DNA of 64,000 nt, taken from NCBI GenBank assembly GCA_002633005.1, contig NMRA01000123.1:121091-185090 (forward strand), in the 5' to 3' direction. The stretch's first letter is position 1. Every line of letters starts with the position of its first letter. A program made the position numbers and the translations under genes. Positions 45,331 through 58,045 of this stretch are shown here, piece by piece. Below the pieces are notes generated by a model, which searched no databases, was not told the origin of the DNA, and saw only the letters and a program-made list of their open reading frames with translations. The DNA comes from Phoronis australis (Eukaryota > Animalia > Phoronida).

Positions 45331-47924
45331 GCGATTGTCAATCACTCGGTAGACACCCTGACAGTACTTGGGAAAAAATAAAGATTTGACGCAGAAGATT
45401 CCCATCGCGTGTTACTCGAAGCTAATTTTCTGCAGCTGATCTTATCAATACTAAAAGTTTACAGAACATCTTCAGTGTAAATGTAATGTACGGTATCATT
45501 ATTTAATACACACTTACAATACAAATGGCACAATCTCATGGGCCTCCTGCTTGAGGGGAATTTGTTGAGAGCGGTTTCGCCACTGCAAACTTTAAGCACG
45601 CGTCTCTTTTAATTTATCAGCAATACACACGAACAAAAACTGAATCTTGTTGAGTGAAGGCCTGCGTTTTGCGAAATAACTGGTAACCATTTATCTAAGT
45701 TTCAATTTATGGCCTTCGTTGTGTTCAGAGGAATTCGAATAATTTGCAACTGTTCGAATTGGCATGAAAATAACTTTCATAGAAAAGATGTCTGAAAGCA
45801 CACTTGAGCAACGTTTCAACTCATGCACGGGTAACAATTAACTTCGTAAAGTCAACACTAGAGTGTTTTCTTATGGGCAAAAATTATAAGTTTAACGTGT
45901 AGACTTGCGTAGCAGCTCCTGGGCGGCCAAAGCGCATACGAGAGCTAACCACGCTAGCAGTGCGTGCGCGCGCTACTTCCAACACGCGAACGCAGCCAAG
46001 AGTGAGAAGTAAGACGGGTTTATTAGCTCTATTGTAACAAGTGTTTATTTGACAAATACCAATAATCCTCAACATATTTTCAACTGTAGGCAATCCAATT
46101 ATTGTAATTAGATCAATCTCCCTAATCCCTTGTCCGACGGTCGGTAGTCAGGTTTAGGCGGCGGTCATTCTTTGATCTGGGGCGTGTTTTGAAAGGGGCC
46201 AAAGACCACAGTCCAAAGGGAGGAAATAGGCATCGCCACGGCGAGACGGTGGGGATGACGGTAAAAGGTATTGTGGGGGGGGGGGTATTTTGTTTGATAG
46301 ATGGCTGTTGCAATCGAGCCGCACAAGCGAGACGCACGCTTGCGCGGCTCGGAAAAGTAGAAACGTGTGGCAGAAAGCAACAACAGAAGTGTAACCAACT
46401 TTTCAAAGTCATGATAAATCGGTCGGTGCATTCCTGGGGTGGAATTATGTGTACCAAATTCAATGAAATGGTAGTTCATTGGTGGGTTGATGTACCCTAG
46501 TATACAAATATAGGTGTTCGATATGAAGATTTCGCAAACCTGTCAACCCTACACCAAAAATCAATTTATTTCAAGAAAGACCATGAATGAAGAAAAACAA
46601 TGCTTTTTTGTAAAATGAAAAACAAACTTTTGAATGTTTCACGGAACGCGTTTAGTTTTTTTGGCTCATGATCGTCTTAACATGGAATATCTAGTGTAGT
46701 TGAGGAATATGATTGCGCTGCAGTCGGACCTACAGAACCCAAACTAGTGCTTACGTAAACAATTTTCAAAAGGCTGGTATTTCAAATCAAAAGTGTTCAA
46801 AGGTGCAAAATCGATGATGCGGGTTTTACTAGAAATGTTTTAAGCAGTATGATACAACAGTCACGTGCTTGCTATCATCAATTTGTTAGCTAGTCAAAAC
46901 AACATTCAGTTCTGTAGGTTTCATATAAAGCGGAACGATGTGCATTGTAAACAAACACACGTTGTCCACTATGGTTAACGGCGTAACGCTAACCTTTAAC
47001 CCAGGCGTTATTTTTTCTAATTATCAGGTTATTTTCTCACCTGTCGACCGAATAATTGCTTTTAAAGGATTTTAACGCTTGAAACTTAGCCTCGTGTAAA
47101 TCTTTGTTAACGGAATAAAGGGTATAATGAATTGTGATAGAGTTTGTCCTGTGGCTTACATCAAGTGCTGGTATCAACTGTTTCACGATGGCTTGTATCA
47201 AATAGAGATGATATAGAAAACCACACAATCGTAACTGCCATACGATCGCTTGCGATTTTCCCACTACTGATGCGCAACATGATAACGCATCAGGGTGTAT
47301 TTTGAATATTACTGGAACGAAATCCATTATTCATAAAGGCATGTTTTATTACGAAACGCAAATTTTAATATGAAACAGACTGAAGGTAGGTAAGGCTATT
47401 GCTCGGAAATATCACAGGCAATTTCAAAAACTCAGAGCAGGACGTATTCGGAGTATGAAAAACAGGTATTGTGTAGAGGAAAATCACTCTGGCCAAAGAA
47501 ATAACAAAAATTCCCACGCTCTGTTTTGTAAAACGTGGCTATTGATCTATTGACGAAATGCGAAATAAACAACGCCACTATATTTAGTTTCAGACTTTCA
47601 ACTTTCAAAGCATTCAATGAATTACGCGTGATTAGTCTATTACGCGTGGAAATGTCGGGTGTTTGGGACCAGTGTCCGCACTAATTATGAAAACCATTCA
47701 GGTTCTTGAACGCCCAAATTCTTTCCTCATTGTTCATTGTAAATATTTTGAATTTCCCCCCATACTCTTTTGTTCCATTGAGCCTAGCGATGGAGCTCTT
47801 TAGGTGAATCACAGTATTGAACTAACTGGATGACAGAGGCGTACAAAATCAATTATGGAATTTCAAGAGAGTAAAATGCCCTCTTATTCTGAACGTTGAT
47901 CCTCGTTTCATTGCTTTCAAATGG

Positions 47925-48120
47925 TTGTGATAACCACGATGGTGACAACGATGATGACGATGATGATGATGATGACAATGACGCATTTTCGATATACGAA
48001 AAACAAATATGTGCATTTTAGCAATACTGATGACGACCACAGTGATTATGATGGTGTTGGTGGTGGCGATGATAACGATGATGATGATGATGGTGATGAT
48101 GGTGATGATGGTGATGATGG
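47925..48120. repeat. Imperfect (GAT/GGT)n trinucleotide microsatellite
   Basis: Two tracts of gatgatgat/ggtgat repeats. Confidence 0.92.
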
Positions 48121-49105
48121 GACTCTCGTGATTTTAACGCTCTTTGGTAAAATGACGTTGATAGCCTGGAAATCAGGGGGAGGGCATCTTTGTTTCGGAG
48201 TCTCTGCTCGTCAGTACAACTACCCACTGCACGCAAAAGTTGTCTGAGATCGGTTTGTTCGTTTTTCGACAGAACATTGACTCACGATCGACTGGTGCAT
48301 GCCCTTCAGTGAGCGATTTTCAAGGATATGGTAATTTCTATAAATCTGCAGTGTCTACTTAAAGAATCCATTTAAATATAGTTGTCATATTTAGTATGCT
48401 TCCACTCAAGTCTTACAGTACTGTAACGAAACACTTGGACACGGAAGCGCTTTACAAGAAGTGATAATGAAATTAAGAATAGCTTATTTTCTGTAGCTGC
48501 ATAAGTTGCTTACTAACGCCCCCTATTGTGTATTGAGAAAACTATACAGTCGACTGTGATATCGACATGTGTTCTTTTACGCTATCTACCGCGACCATCT
48601 CGTAATCCATGATTAAACATAATAAAATTCAAGTTTCGCTCTTAATTTCATCATCGGAGTTCAGATAAAATCTAGCTTAGCCTCCTTATGAAAAGGAACT
48701 CACAGAATTCACGCTGATTCCGACAATTCAAAGATTTTATCAAAATTGCTATTTTTGGCGCGTTGAATTGTCACTAAAACGGCAAACGATTTGAACAATA
48801 CAAGAGTGATCGATGATCGCTTTAATCAAAGAATAAACATGTCTTTAATAACATCACAACAACGATCTGATTTTAATCTCCGCCGGCTATTCCGTGACAA
48901 TGGAATTGGCTAAGAAAAAATGAATAACAGTCACATGCATCTAGGATATTTTTCGTACATGTAGTTCTAACGAACGTAAGAGAAAAATCATTTTGGTGAG
49001 ACCGTTTTAAGGCATATATATAGTGATTAATAACTTTTGATTACAACAGTAATTGCATAACCTTTCGCAATAATTTTGCACAAGATATCCTTCTTAGTCA
49101 CGGAC

Positions 49106-49252
49106 CAGGGGCGAATACAGGATTTTAAATGGGAGGGGGACAGGGCAGAGTTTTAGCCAGGATTTTGCCCCTCAGACATTTACACCCCGAACTGACCAAT
49201 GGAATTTGGGAGAAGTTTAAGGGGGCCATGGCCCCCTCTAAATCCGCCATTG
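49106..49252 (+). mobile_element. hAT-like MITE with 5-bp TSD (cggac)
   Basis: caggggcgaatacagg...ctaaatccgccattg flanked by cggac/cggac; same family as 13325-13480. Confidence 0.85.
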
Positions 49253-49900
49253 CGGACCCACACATAATTCTGATGTTCAAAGAAAATTTTGCTTCACTGA
49301 ACGAAGGCTACTGTTATTGCATTTAAAAGAACAGCAATTTAATCCCGCGTCAATATGGTTTTCAACGTCTCAGGCCTTAACGGAAGCAATTAGAAAATGC
49401 CTGTAAACTACATTTGGAAAATGGGTTTTTGTGAAGGACAAACCAATAAAAACAACGCTGCTTCTGATAAAATCAATGCATTTATATTTCAAATTCTGAC
49501 TTCGTACAAAAGTTGGTGATTATATGCCGGCGAAAGAGTCGTCCGGTGCATTACATCAGGCTATATCCATTTCGTTTAAATCATTTCTCGCCTCTCACAA
49601 ACTCATCACAGGGCAACATTCCCCGGAGGGCTCTCCTAATAGTTTTGTCTACTTGAGTGGAGAATTTCACGTCACCAACAGAATATGATTTTAACATTGA
49701 TTTCAGCGACAATCGGTTATTCATCGCCTCCTACAGTAGACATTATACATAAAAACGACGCACAAAAAAGGTTCCAATATTTCGCTGACGCAATCCGTTT
49801 CCCTTTTTCTGCGCATGCTCATTAAAAGCTATGCTGCACTCAGTAACTTTTCAGACGAGCACTAAAAACTGATAATGTCAAAACTTTTATTTTAGTCCTG

Positions 49901-50050
49901 GGCCCAGTTGCATAAAAGTTATACGCTGAATAACAACAATGACGTCGCATTATCACGCGTCACGTTGTTATTGTTGAACAATGCACCAGACGTCACGCAA
50001 CAATCAAACTTATCCAGCGGATAACATTTGGAGCTTTATGCAACCCAGCC
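49901..50050. mobile_element. PIF/Harbinger-like MITE, CTG TSD
   Basis: Imperfect TIRs ggcccagttgcataaa / tttatgcaacccagcc with ctg on both flanks; internal palindrome ttatccagcggataa. Confidence 0.8.
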
Positions 50051-52010
50051 CTGACGTCTAAGTGAAGTTCTTGGCAAACAGCGGGCTCGTGCGTTCACAG
50101 CTTCTCACAGGCGACTGCCATTATTTCTCCAATTTCCTGTCCGTTTTGCCCATCCAAACACATTTTGCTGTCCAACATCCCCGGAAACGGATTCCTCTAC
50201 GACCACTTCAGATGAGTTGGATAAAAGAGAAACGACGGTTATTATTTAAACGACAGTCTTGGAATGTAATGGATATTTGATCTCTGCGTCTTAATCAAAA
50301 GCTTAGATCCAATTAGATACTTAATTAGTTGTCTTATCTCGCATCCTCAAAACTTATATTAAAGATACAACTTAATGTCTAAAACATAGCTTCCCTCGTC
50401 CAATTCACTTTTTATCTGATTGTGAAAGGGCCATCGGGAATACACGGATTGATCGTTGCCGCTAACTGGCTATTGCACGCCGGTTGTGCTGTGTATCGCC
50501 GCCCGGCCAAATCCCGGTGGATTTTTACAGTGTATTGTTATTCATTTTTAGTCCATCTCGGTTTTAATTACATCATGGACGCAGATTTTGACCTTGCAGT
50601 AAGATATGCTTATAAATTGTCTTTGTTAGGTATTTAAACGCAATAAACATACCTTTTAAACCGGACATGTTTCGACAGTTAATTGCCCCGGCACTGATCG
50701 ACATTGCCAGAAACACTATCAGGTCCATTTTAGTTGCTGTAAGTTACAACGTCAAGAACGGTGTGTCCTGTAATGTTAATCAGGAGCTATGAAAAGTGTA
50801 ACTGCCATGACATTGTAATGCATATTTGAACGTTAGGGGTGGGCCGGGCATTTAATAAGGAGGTTTCGAGAGTGTGTCACATAGCCCCAAAGTAGTCGTT
50901 GTTTTACGACATTGTCCAATATATAAACCTTTTGATTTTAGAGAACAGATTGCTTATTTTGAAAAATGTTGATTTTGCGATGAGTTTTTGTTACTAAAGC
51001 ATTATGCAGTAGCGCGCGACAATAGGCATAAACACAAGTACAGGCATTATGGGTTTTAAGTTATGGTAAAACCGCGTATTTTGAATTCATTAAAGAAGAA
51101 ATTTCTAGTTTTGATTCCTTCCGGTCAACATAATTGTTTCACTATATCACCTACATAACATAATCGCTTCTCCAGAGGAGAGGTAGCGAGGCGTTTGTGA
51201 TTTTCAAACTGCCATGCTTTCTTACGTGGCGTTAAAATAAGTCGGTGGCCCCTTATTTTTCTAATTTTATAACAAACGTGCGCGACATCAATGAAAACAA
51301 AACATCTAACAGTGTATTTTTTGTGTAAGTCAGAACTCTAAAATTCGACGTACTGAAAGTCGAGACAAAAAACGTTTAATTACGCAGTCGTAAGAAAACC
51401 AGCAAACCGCAAAATATAATTCAGGCCGTTAAAACATAAAACTGACAACGGGCGACGAAATAATTCCGTTTTCAAAATAAAAAATAAATAAATAAAAGTA
51501 ATTATTAATTTAGTAACATACCGGCATGTAATTTTCCCAATTTTGCAAGAGGTGTCTCTATTTTGGCGGAAAAAACTAATTGGGTGACCTACATATTTTT
51601 TTTTGCAAATTGTAGTAGGTAGAACCAAAAAACAAAATACGAAAATTGAATGAAAAAGAACGATATATCAAAACTGTGTAGAATACCTTTAAACGAAGAA
51701 ACATATAACAGGCACTGAGAAAAAATCTATTTCAGGGCGTGAGAAGAACTAATCAGTTCGTTATTGCCTGAGGACACGCTCGGCGCACAAAATGACCCGC
51801 CGTGATAAGCCAACTTAGTGAGCCTGATTTCCAGCTAAACATGACATAAAGTAGTTCTTTAAGATTATGTAGCAACCTGTCGACAAATCTAGGTATTTAG
51901 TAAAGTGTTTACCAAACTGTAGGTTTTAACGTTCCTTACAATATCTTTTTTATCACTCCGGCTGGTCTGCTCACTCAGCTTGTCCGGAACCTGCTTTGCA
52001 GGTTGCTATA

Positions 52011-52281
52011 GCTCAGTTGGCTGTTTGATGTACCCACTTGGTACTTTATTATATGATATTTGCCCATTTGGCAGTTGTACCCATTTGGTACTTGTTATTG
52101 AATTTGCCGTTTTGCTCGACCCAGTTGGTAGGCAATCGGCCAATACCCATTTGGTATTATGTACCCATTTGGTACTATATAATGCTAACCTGTGCCACTT
52201 AGTATCCGATACTCAATTACACACTGGGTATCGTAAATGTGAGTGTTATCTCTTGTAATTAAGGAACCCATCTGGTTCCTT
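52011..52281. repeat. Array of short hairpin motifs (stem-CC CANNT GG-stem) with irregular spacers
   Basis: About 8 copies: gtacccacttggtac, tgcccatttggca, gtacccatttggtac x2, acccagttggt, atacccatttggtat, aaggaacccatctggttcctt, plus a degenerate gctcagttggc. Confidence 0.75.
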
Positions 52282-55200
52282 ATGTGAAATATTCATTTGT
52301 AGAGCTGTGACCCTGAAATTCCCAATACAACTTAAAATATATATTATTGTTGTTGTTTTATTTGTTCCCAATAACTCAGTTAAAGAATATATTTTCTAAA
52401 AGTAGAAAACTTGTATAATTTGATTTTTGACTAGACACCAATTTGCCATTAACTGGGTCACACGAACATGTCCTCTTAGTAAAATTTAGCAAAAAAGAAA
52501 GGTACAGGGAATTGTATCCATTTTATGTGATGTAAATGTTCAAGATGAGATCCTAAAATTGTTATTACAGTTTGCTAAAACCTCATATTATTGTTTTCGC
52601 TTTATGCAAGAGTGTTTGTATGAAAATCATGAAAGACGTGTTTCTAATAGCACCTCATGCAGAGTTGAACATTTAACAACAATTACTAAAAATGTTTAGA
52701 GTATAATATCTGAAAATTTCGTGTGAAATCAAATCAGCCACTTCTGAGATATGGTGTTTTGAAGTTGACCAAATTTGGATATTTTTCTAGGGTCCTACGT
52801 ATTAAAGCCTAACTTCAACGGATTTTTTTATATTTTAGATGTATTGGGCTAACCAGATAGTCCTAGCAAAGCTTTAGTAAAATAAGAGAACGCGAGTTCA
52901 ATCACGCAAATGTAAGTCTGTCAAATGATGAATGAAGCTGCCTTTTCGCGCCATGTTGCGTCACCGCGAGATCCCATCACAAACAACAAAAGGTTGTATT
53001 CAATAGGGGTCTGAATAGAACACCATTGCGTGCGGGTGTCATTCGCAGGTGATTCTCGCGGTGACATAGACAAAAGCAAGCCAATACGCCTAACAGTTCG
53101 TTACATGTGGCAATTTATGGCACTAGTGGGTTCAGAGCGATGCTCTTAACATACAGTAGGAACTAAATTTTCAGGTTTTACCGTTGAAGATAGGTTTTAA
53201 GCAAGTCTTGCTATGTGATTTTCCGATTTGGGTCTGTCGGTACAAAGCCACGTGACTGTGAAATAGAGCAAAAATAGGTCAAGGGATCAGAAAAAAGACT
53301 AGATGTTGCCGGAGTGTCATTACTTGTGGCTGTAAAAAATTGATTGAACTTCACTTGCTTAAGTTGATAAAGATTCAGGTGTGCACATGCACGTGCGGTA
53401 TTGCGCGACGTAATTGTTTTTTAATTACGACTCACTTAAGTACCTGTCGCGACGCAACTATCCGTGGCCAAATTGTTATCAAATGAAGAATCAAGGGTCA
53501 GGAAAAAACTAGTCATTTGTGTTGTTGAAAACTGTTGTAAATTGTAATTATCGGCGTTTTTAACTGATTCGTTTCAATGCGCTCACAGTTGCAAACGAGC
53601 TGCTCGTTATCCTTGTATTGCCTTACGTGACGCGACTTTCGAAACTTAGCCGAGAGAATGTCGCTTAAAATTAAATATAACTACCCATCCATTAGCAAAT
53701 CAGAAACGTTAGTTGTATACCTATCAATGGTCTCTGGAAATCCCAGTTAATTTGCCGGCACCTTAAGGGATTTAAATGCTGTCCACAACAGTGATTATAA
53801 GGAGAAACAATGTTCCTATTTTTACAGAACACGCAATGCTTACACTTTGCAAATACGTAATGCGTTACGTAAAAATTAGTTACTAAAAGCAGCACTTTTT
53901 CTGTTTAGCTGGCTAAAAACGAATTCGAATCGGGCCTGTTATTCTCGTAAAATCAGCCTCGTAGTATTCCTCTTTCTGTTGCGAACAAGAGCATCAAGCC
54001 ACATTAGCGACTTAAAACGTTTCAAAGTTTATTGCGGAATCGAAAACGGCGAGTGCGCCCCTTGCCTGTGGCTTAAGTTTAGCAGCAATTCAAGAACGGA
54101 TAAGCGTAATTTTTTAAAACCCAAGTAGGCTTCGGTTAAGAATTCAACATTGACATCTAAACAGCGTCGAAATGTCCCTTTAACTGTACATATATTTCCA
54201 AACACGAATCCCTGGTAAAAACGGTTTGAAATATTCTTCCCTAAACTCAAACAAAATTCCCCAGGGACATGAAGGCCGAGTCGCCGCTATATAGTTCGAA
54301 AAAAGTACTCCTATGATGTGCCAACAGCCTGTAACACGTGCACACGTACAACAAGCACGTGCGCGCGCGTGGCAGTCAGTTAAAAAGGCGACAATGAAGC
54401 ACGAATAACGTCCAAAATTAAGTTGTAAAAACACACGAATTTATCCTCCTACAACAATTCAACAGTTGTTTGGGAATTTTTCATCAAAATACGCCGATTT
54501 TCGTACGTGAATGTGCTTGTTTTCACAAAATTATGCTTGGCCAATCACCGGCCCTTGACTTCCCCTGTTGTTCAACAACGAGACCTGCAGGTACCACCTC
54601 GCTCGTAATCTCACTTTGCCACCGGCATGTGCATGTAAGTTAGAGCTCAAGCAGGACGTCCAACAACACATTATGTTGGTAATAATCAAACACTTTACAG
54701 GTTAGCAATTACGAATTACCATTTTTATCGGATTTTAAGGCGGATTTTGCCATTCAATAGAACAGTTTATTTTTGTATAATTATGCCGCCTACTGGCCGA
54801 AATCATTCGAAAATTTTTGAGACTCAGCGAGGGATTTCAATCGGTAAGTCTGTCAAAGACTGGAAACATTATAAGCTTTTCAAAATCAGTTTTAGATTTA
54901 GCTGATGAACAGTCAAAAGTGCACGTGAACTCTGGAAGGATTGAGAGAAATGCGAACCTAGCGGGCTTTCTATCAAAGTTCGGAGTTCTGGAAATTAGTT
55001 CAACACATCTTACACGGGAGTCCAGCGCTCGGTTTCGTTTTCAAATGCTTATTCTAGACAAGGCCAATAAGCTTCGTTTCCTCGCTTCTTTTGCTCACAC
55101 ACACTCAGAAGATTAGCCCTTGGTCCTTTCTTTTCCTCTCCGGCTTTAATCAGCACTACATAACACAATGCTCGCACAGTAACACTAACCAACCAACTGA

Positions 55201-57826
55201 TGAGGTCTTCGCCTCGATTTCAAGTAATTTTGACTGTTAGGAATCAGTGATTGTAATAAAATCGCAAAAACATAGTATATGTTGCTGTTTAATAACTTTG
55301 GTCAAAACCAATAACGCCAAGAAGCCAACCACACAAAAAACTCCCAAAAAGTGTTTTCTGGCTGTAAAACCGGTCGCATCCCTTTAAACAAGATGACGTC
55401 ACTCCAACAAGATTCGTTCAAACATAAATCCAAACATTCAACTCTCGCCATTACGTGAAAAGGGATGTCCCGAGGAAATAGTCATATTACGTAAACGGAA
55501 CTCGATATATCTTGGTTTGAAGACGTTCGAAATTCCAGTAATGAGGGTGACCAATATAATTATCTGAATCAAATTTTGCTTTTGCCAATACAATTCAGAC
55601 ATCCTTTCAAAGATAGATGGACCAGGACACTCTACAGGTTATGGATATGTTCTGTACTTCAGAGCAGGAGTTCGACTAGAAACGAATGGTTCTACCATGT
55701 ATCCAAAATAATGTAAATCTTAGTTTCTAGTTATCTTCTAAGAAATTACATGTACGCCTTGACTATTTATTTTAGCTTATAACTTGAACACATGGGTTTT
55801 GTTTAAAAGAGAACTCGTTTTAACTTGATCATGTTTTACCGTTTTGGGGGCGTTCCTCGGCATCTCAGTGAGACTGATTTCTGTGTTTGAAATACAAGAG
55901 AAACACATTGGTTTTTAAAGTCGTTTTATGTCTTCATTAAAACATGTTATTACCAGTACTGCGGATCAAACAAGGGCCATGTTCTTGACATAATCATAAA
56001 AAGTCCATGTTCACAAGCAGTTCAGGGAATTAACAACAATAAATTTACACTTCGCACGTTCAAAATGTCAGTAACACGTGACAGTTTGGCTGGACTCAAA
56101 ACTTTTTTGAATTATGTACGAATAATTGTTTTTGTCACGTCTGCTCGTGACTGTATTTATGTAATATAAAGGAAAACTTTTAATTGACAATCTTCGTGCT
56201 TAAAACAAGGAACTGGCAATTGCTGTATTAATGATTAATCAATTAAAACGAATATGAAATACTCAATAGGATAAGCTCGTTTCCACGGTTAATACAGGGT
56301 GGGTCATAATTTTTAGTTATATCTTGTATTTGCTGGACAGCTGTCTGATCGGCTCGCCGATTCCAACTGCTTTAAAAAAACTTGATGGTTACAAATTCAC
56401 GCGTCGACAAATTCCTTAAACAAACGGAATTGCTCTTGTCTCCATTCTTACAGAAAATTAACATCAAAAATTTCTCTAGGAGTTTTTAAACATTTCCTGC
56501 ATGCGAAAATAAAAGGAAAAACGCATGTAGAGTGTTTCAGTAACACCCTGTAGCTTCACAGGTGATAACAATTAGTCAACGCACCTGCGTTTTTAAGCAC
56601 GCAATCTTCCTGTCTTGTTAGTTATATTTAACAAAACTATTTATTTCGTAAAATTGTTTTTAGATTAAAAATTTTTAAAAAGTTCTTTAAATATTTTGTT
56701 CCGATAAAGTTTTGCTTAAAACGCCAGAGATCTTCAGGGAATGTAACGGTCTCATCATTTGCGACTGAACAAAACTGCTATCAAAAATTACATTTTTGTC
56801 AACAATTAAGTTCAATACCACGATTAATCTCTGAACATAACAGATAAATATGTCACTGTTAAAAAACAAATTTGTTCCTTACAACGAAATTTTTTACACT
56901 GTTGTGCAAAAATTTTGCTTTCAATGTCGTCTGGGGAGTTTTTTGAAGACTAGTGCGTGGATAACCATATCATAAGGTAAAGGATAAATATAAGTAGGTA
57001 ACAATTTATGCACATATGAAACATTAAAAAACGATTAATTTGTTTGCATGCAAGCGTACAAACATATAATCACTTTCGTACAACTGCCCAATCACTTTTG
57101 CTCTCCCCCCGTTTCCCGCCGTCACAAATTTCGCAATCCCTCGTCGCCAGCACATTTCGTCTCTTCCACAGTCGTAAAATCCAGGATTCCCCCTGGTAGT
57201 CTCCAGTGCCTGGTTGCATGAAACAGTCCCAAACAGAAACTCAACTAAATTCCCAAATCTTTTGTTAATTTCACTCACACATGTAATCTTTTTCTATCAT
57301 TTCATCTTTATTATGAAATCCTCCTTGACTAATGACACTTTCTAATAATATAACTAAAAACTGAGCACTAAATTCAATGAAAATAACGGGGGACTTAATC
57401 CTTAAGTTAGGAGCGCTGCGTATCAAAGCCAAAGGTTGACTAAACGGCATAAGAAAGAACAATCTGTGTTTTCACATGTCCACAAATACCAAGTAGATTT
57501 AGGGCAATAAGCCGAGTCCTTATATTTATGACTTTTTCATGCAACTGAGCACTGGGTTTCTCGCATGTTTCCGTTATTTAGTTGGGGGCCGGGCAAGTTC
57601 TCCATGGCTATCTGCTTCCCACGAGTGAACGCGTCTTGGCTGCCAACTAACAAACCAAGCAGCGAATGACGTTTGTTCTCATGCAAGAACGAATAGTTTC
57701 TTGATAAATAAATTTCTGTCTACGAAGACTTTCGGAAAGATTCTCATCAAATCAAGCCACTGAATAGGAGGCAATTTATCTTAAGAGTTTTACATTTTAC
57801 ATAGCCTTGTAGGCACTTGAAGACAG

Positions 57827-58045
57827 GGCCGTGTTCCATAGACCCCAAAACATCAGCCATACACTTGAGGCGAAAAAATCTTCACTTATGCAATGGAAAT
57901 AGTGAAATTTATCCCATCCAATGACTGACATTTTGTTAGGTTACAGTGGTAAGGTCTCGAGTATACTCGCGAAACGCCTGGTTTCACTCATGTGATTTTG
58001 CGCGGTCTTGCTTTTGGCGAGTTTCATGGGTCTATAGAGTGCACA
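57827..58045. mobile_element. Possible old Harbinger-like MITE
   Basis: Inverted atagaccc/gggtctat near the ends; internal gtcttgctttt shared with the 22125 family. Weak support. Confidence 0.3.

Noticed and set aside
46985-47003. Telomere-like taacgctaacctttaaccc
   Set aside because: Only three degenerate units; too short to call an interstitial telomeric array.
47849-48247. His-rich and Asp/Met-rich ORFs
   Set aside because: By-products of the (GAT)n microsatellite; no splice or homology support.
51675-55390. Kolobok-like TTAA-AGG termini (about 51690, 54180, 55385)
   Set aside because: I could not pair them with convincing partner ends, so boundaries cannot be supported.
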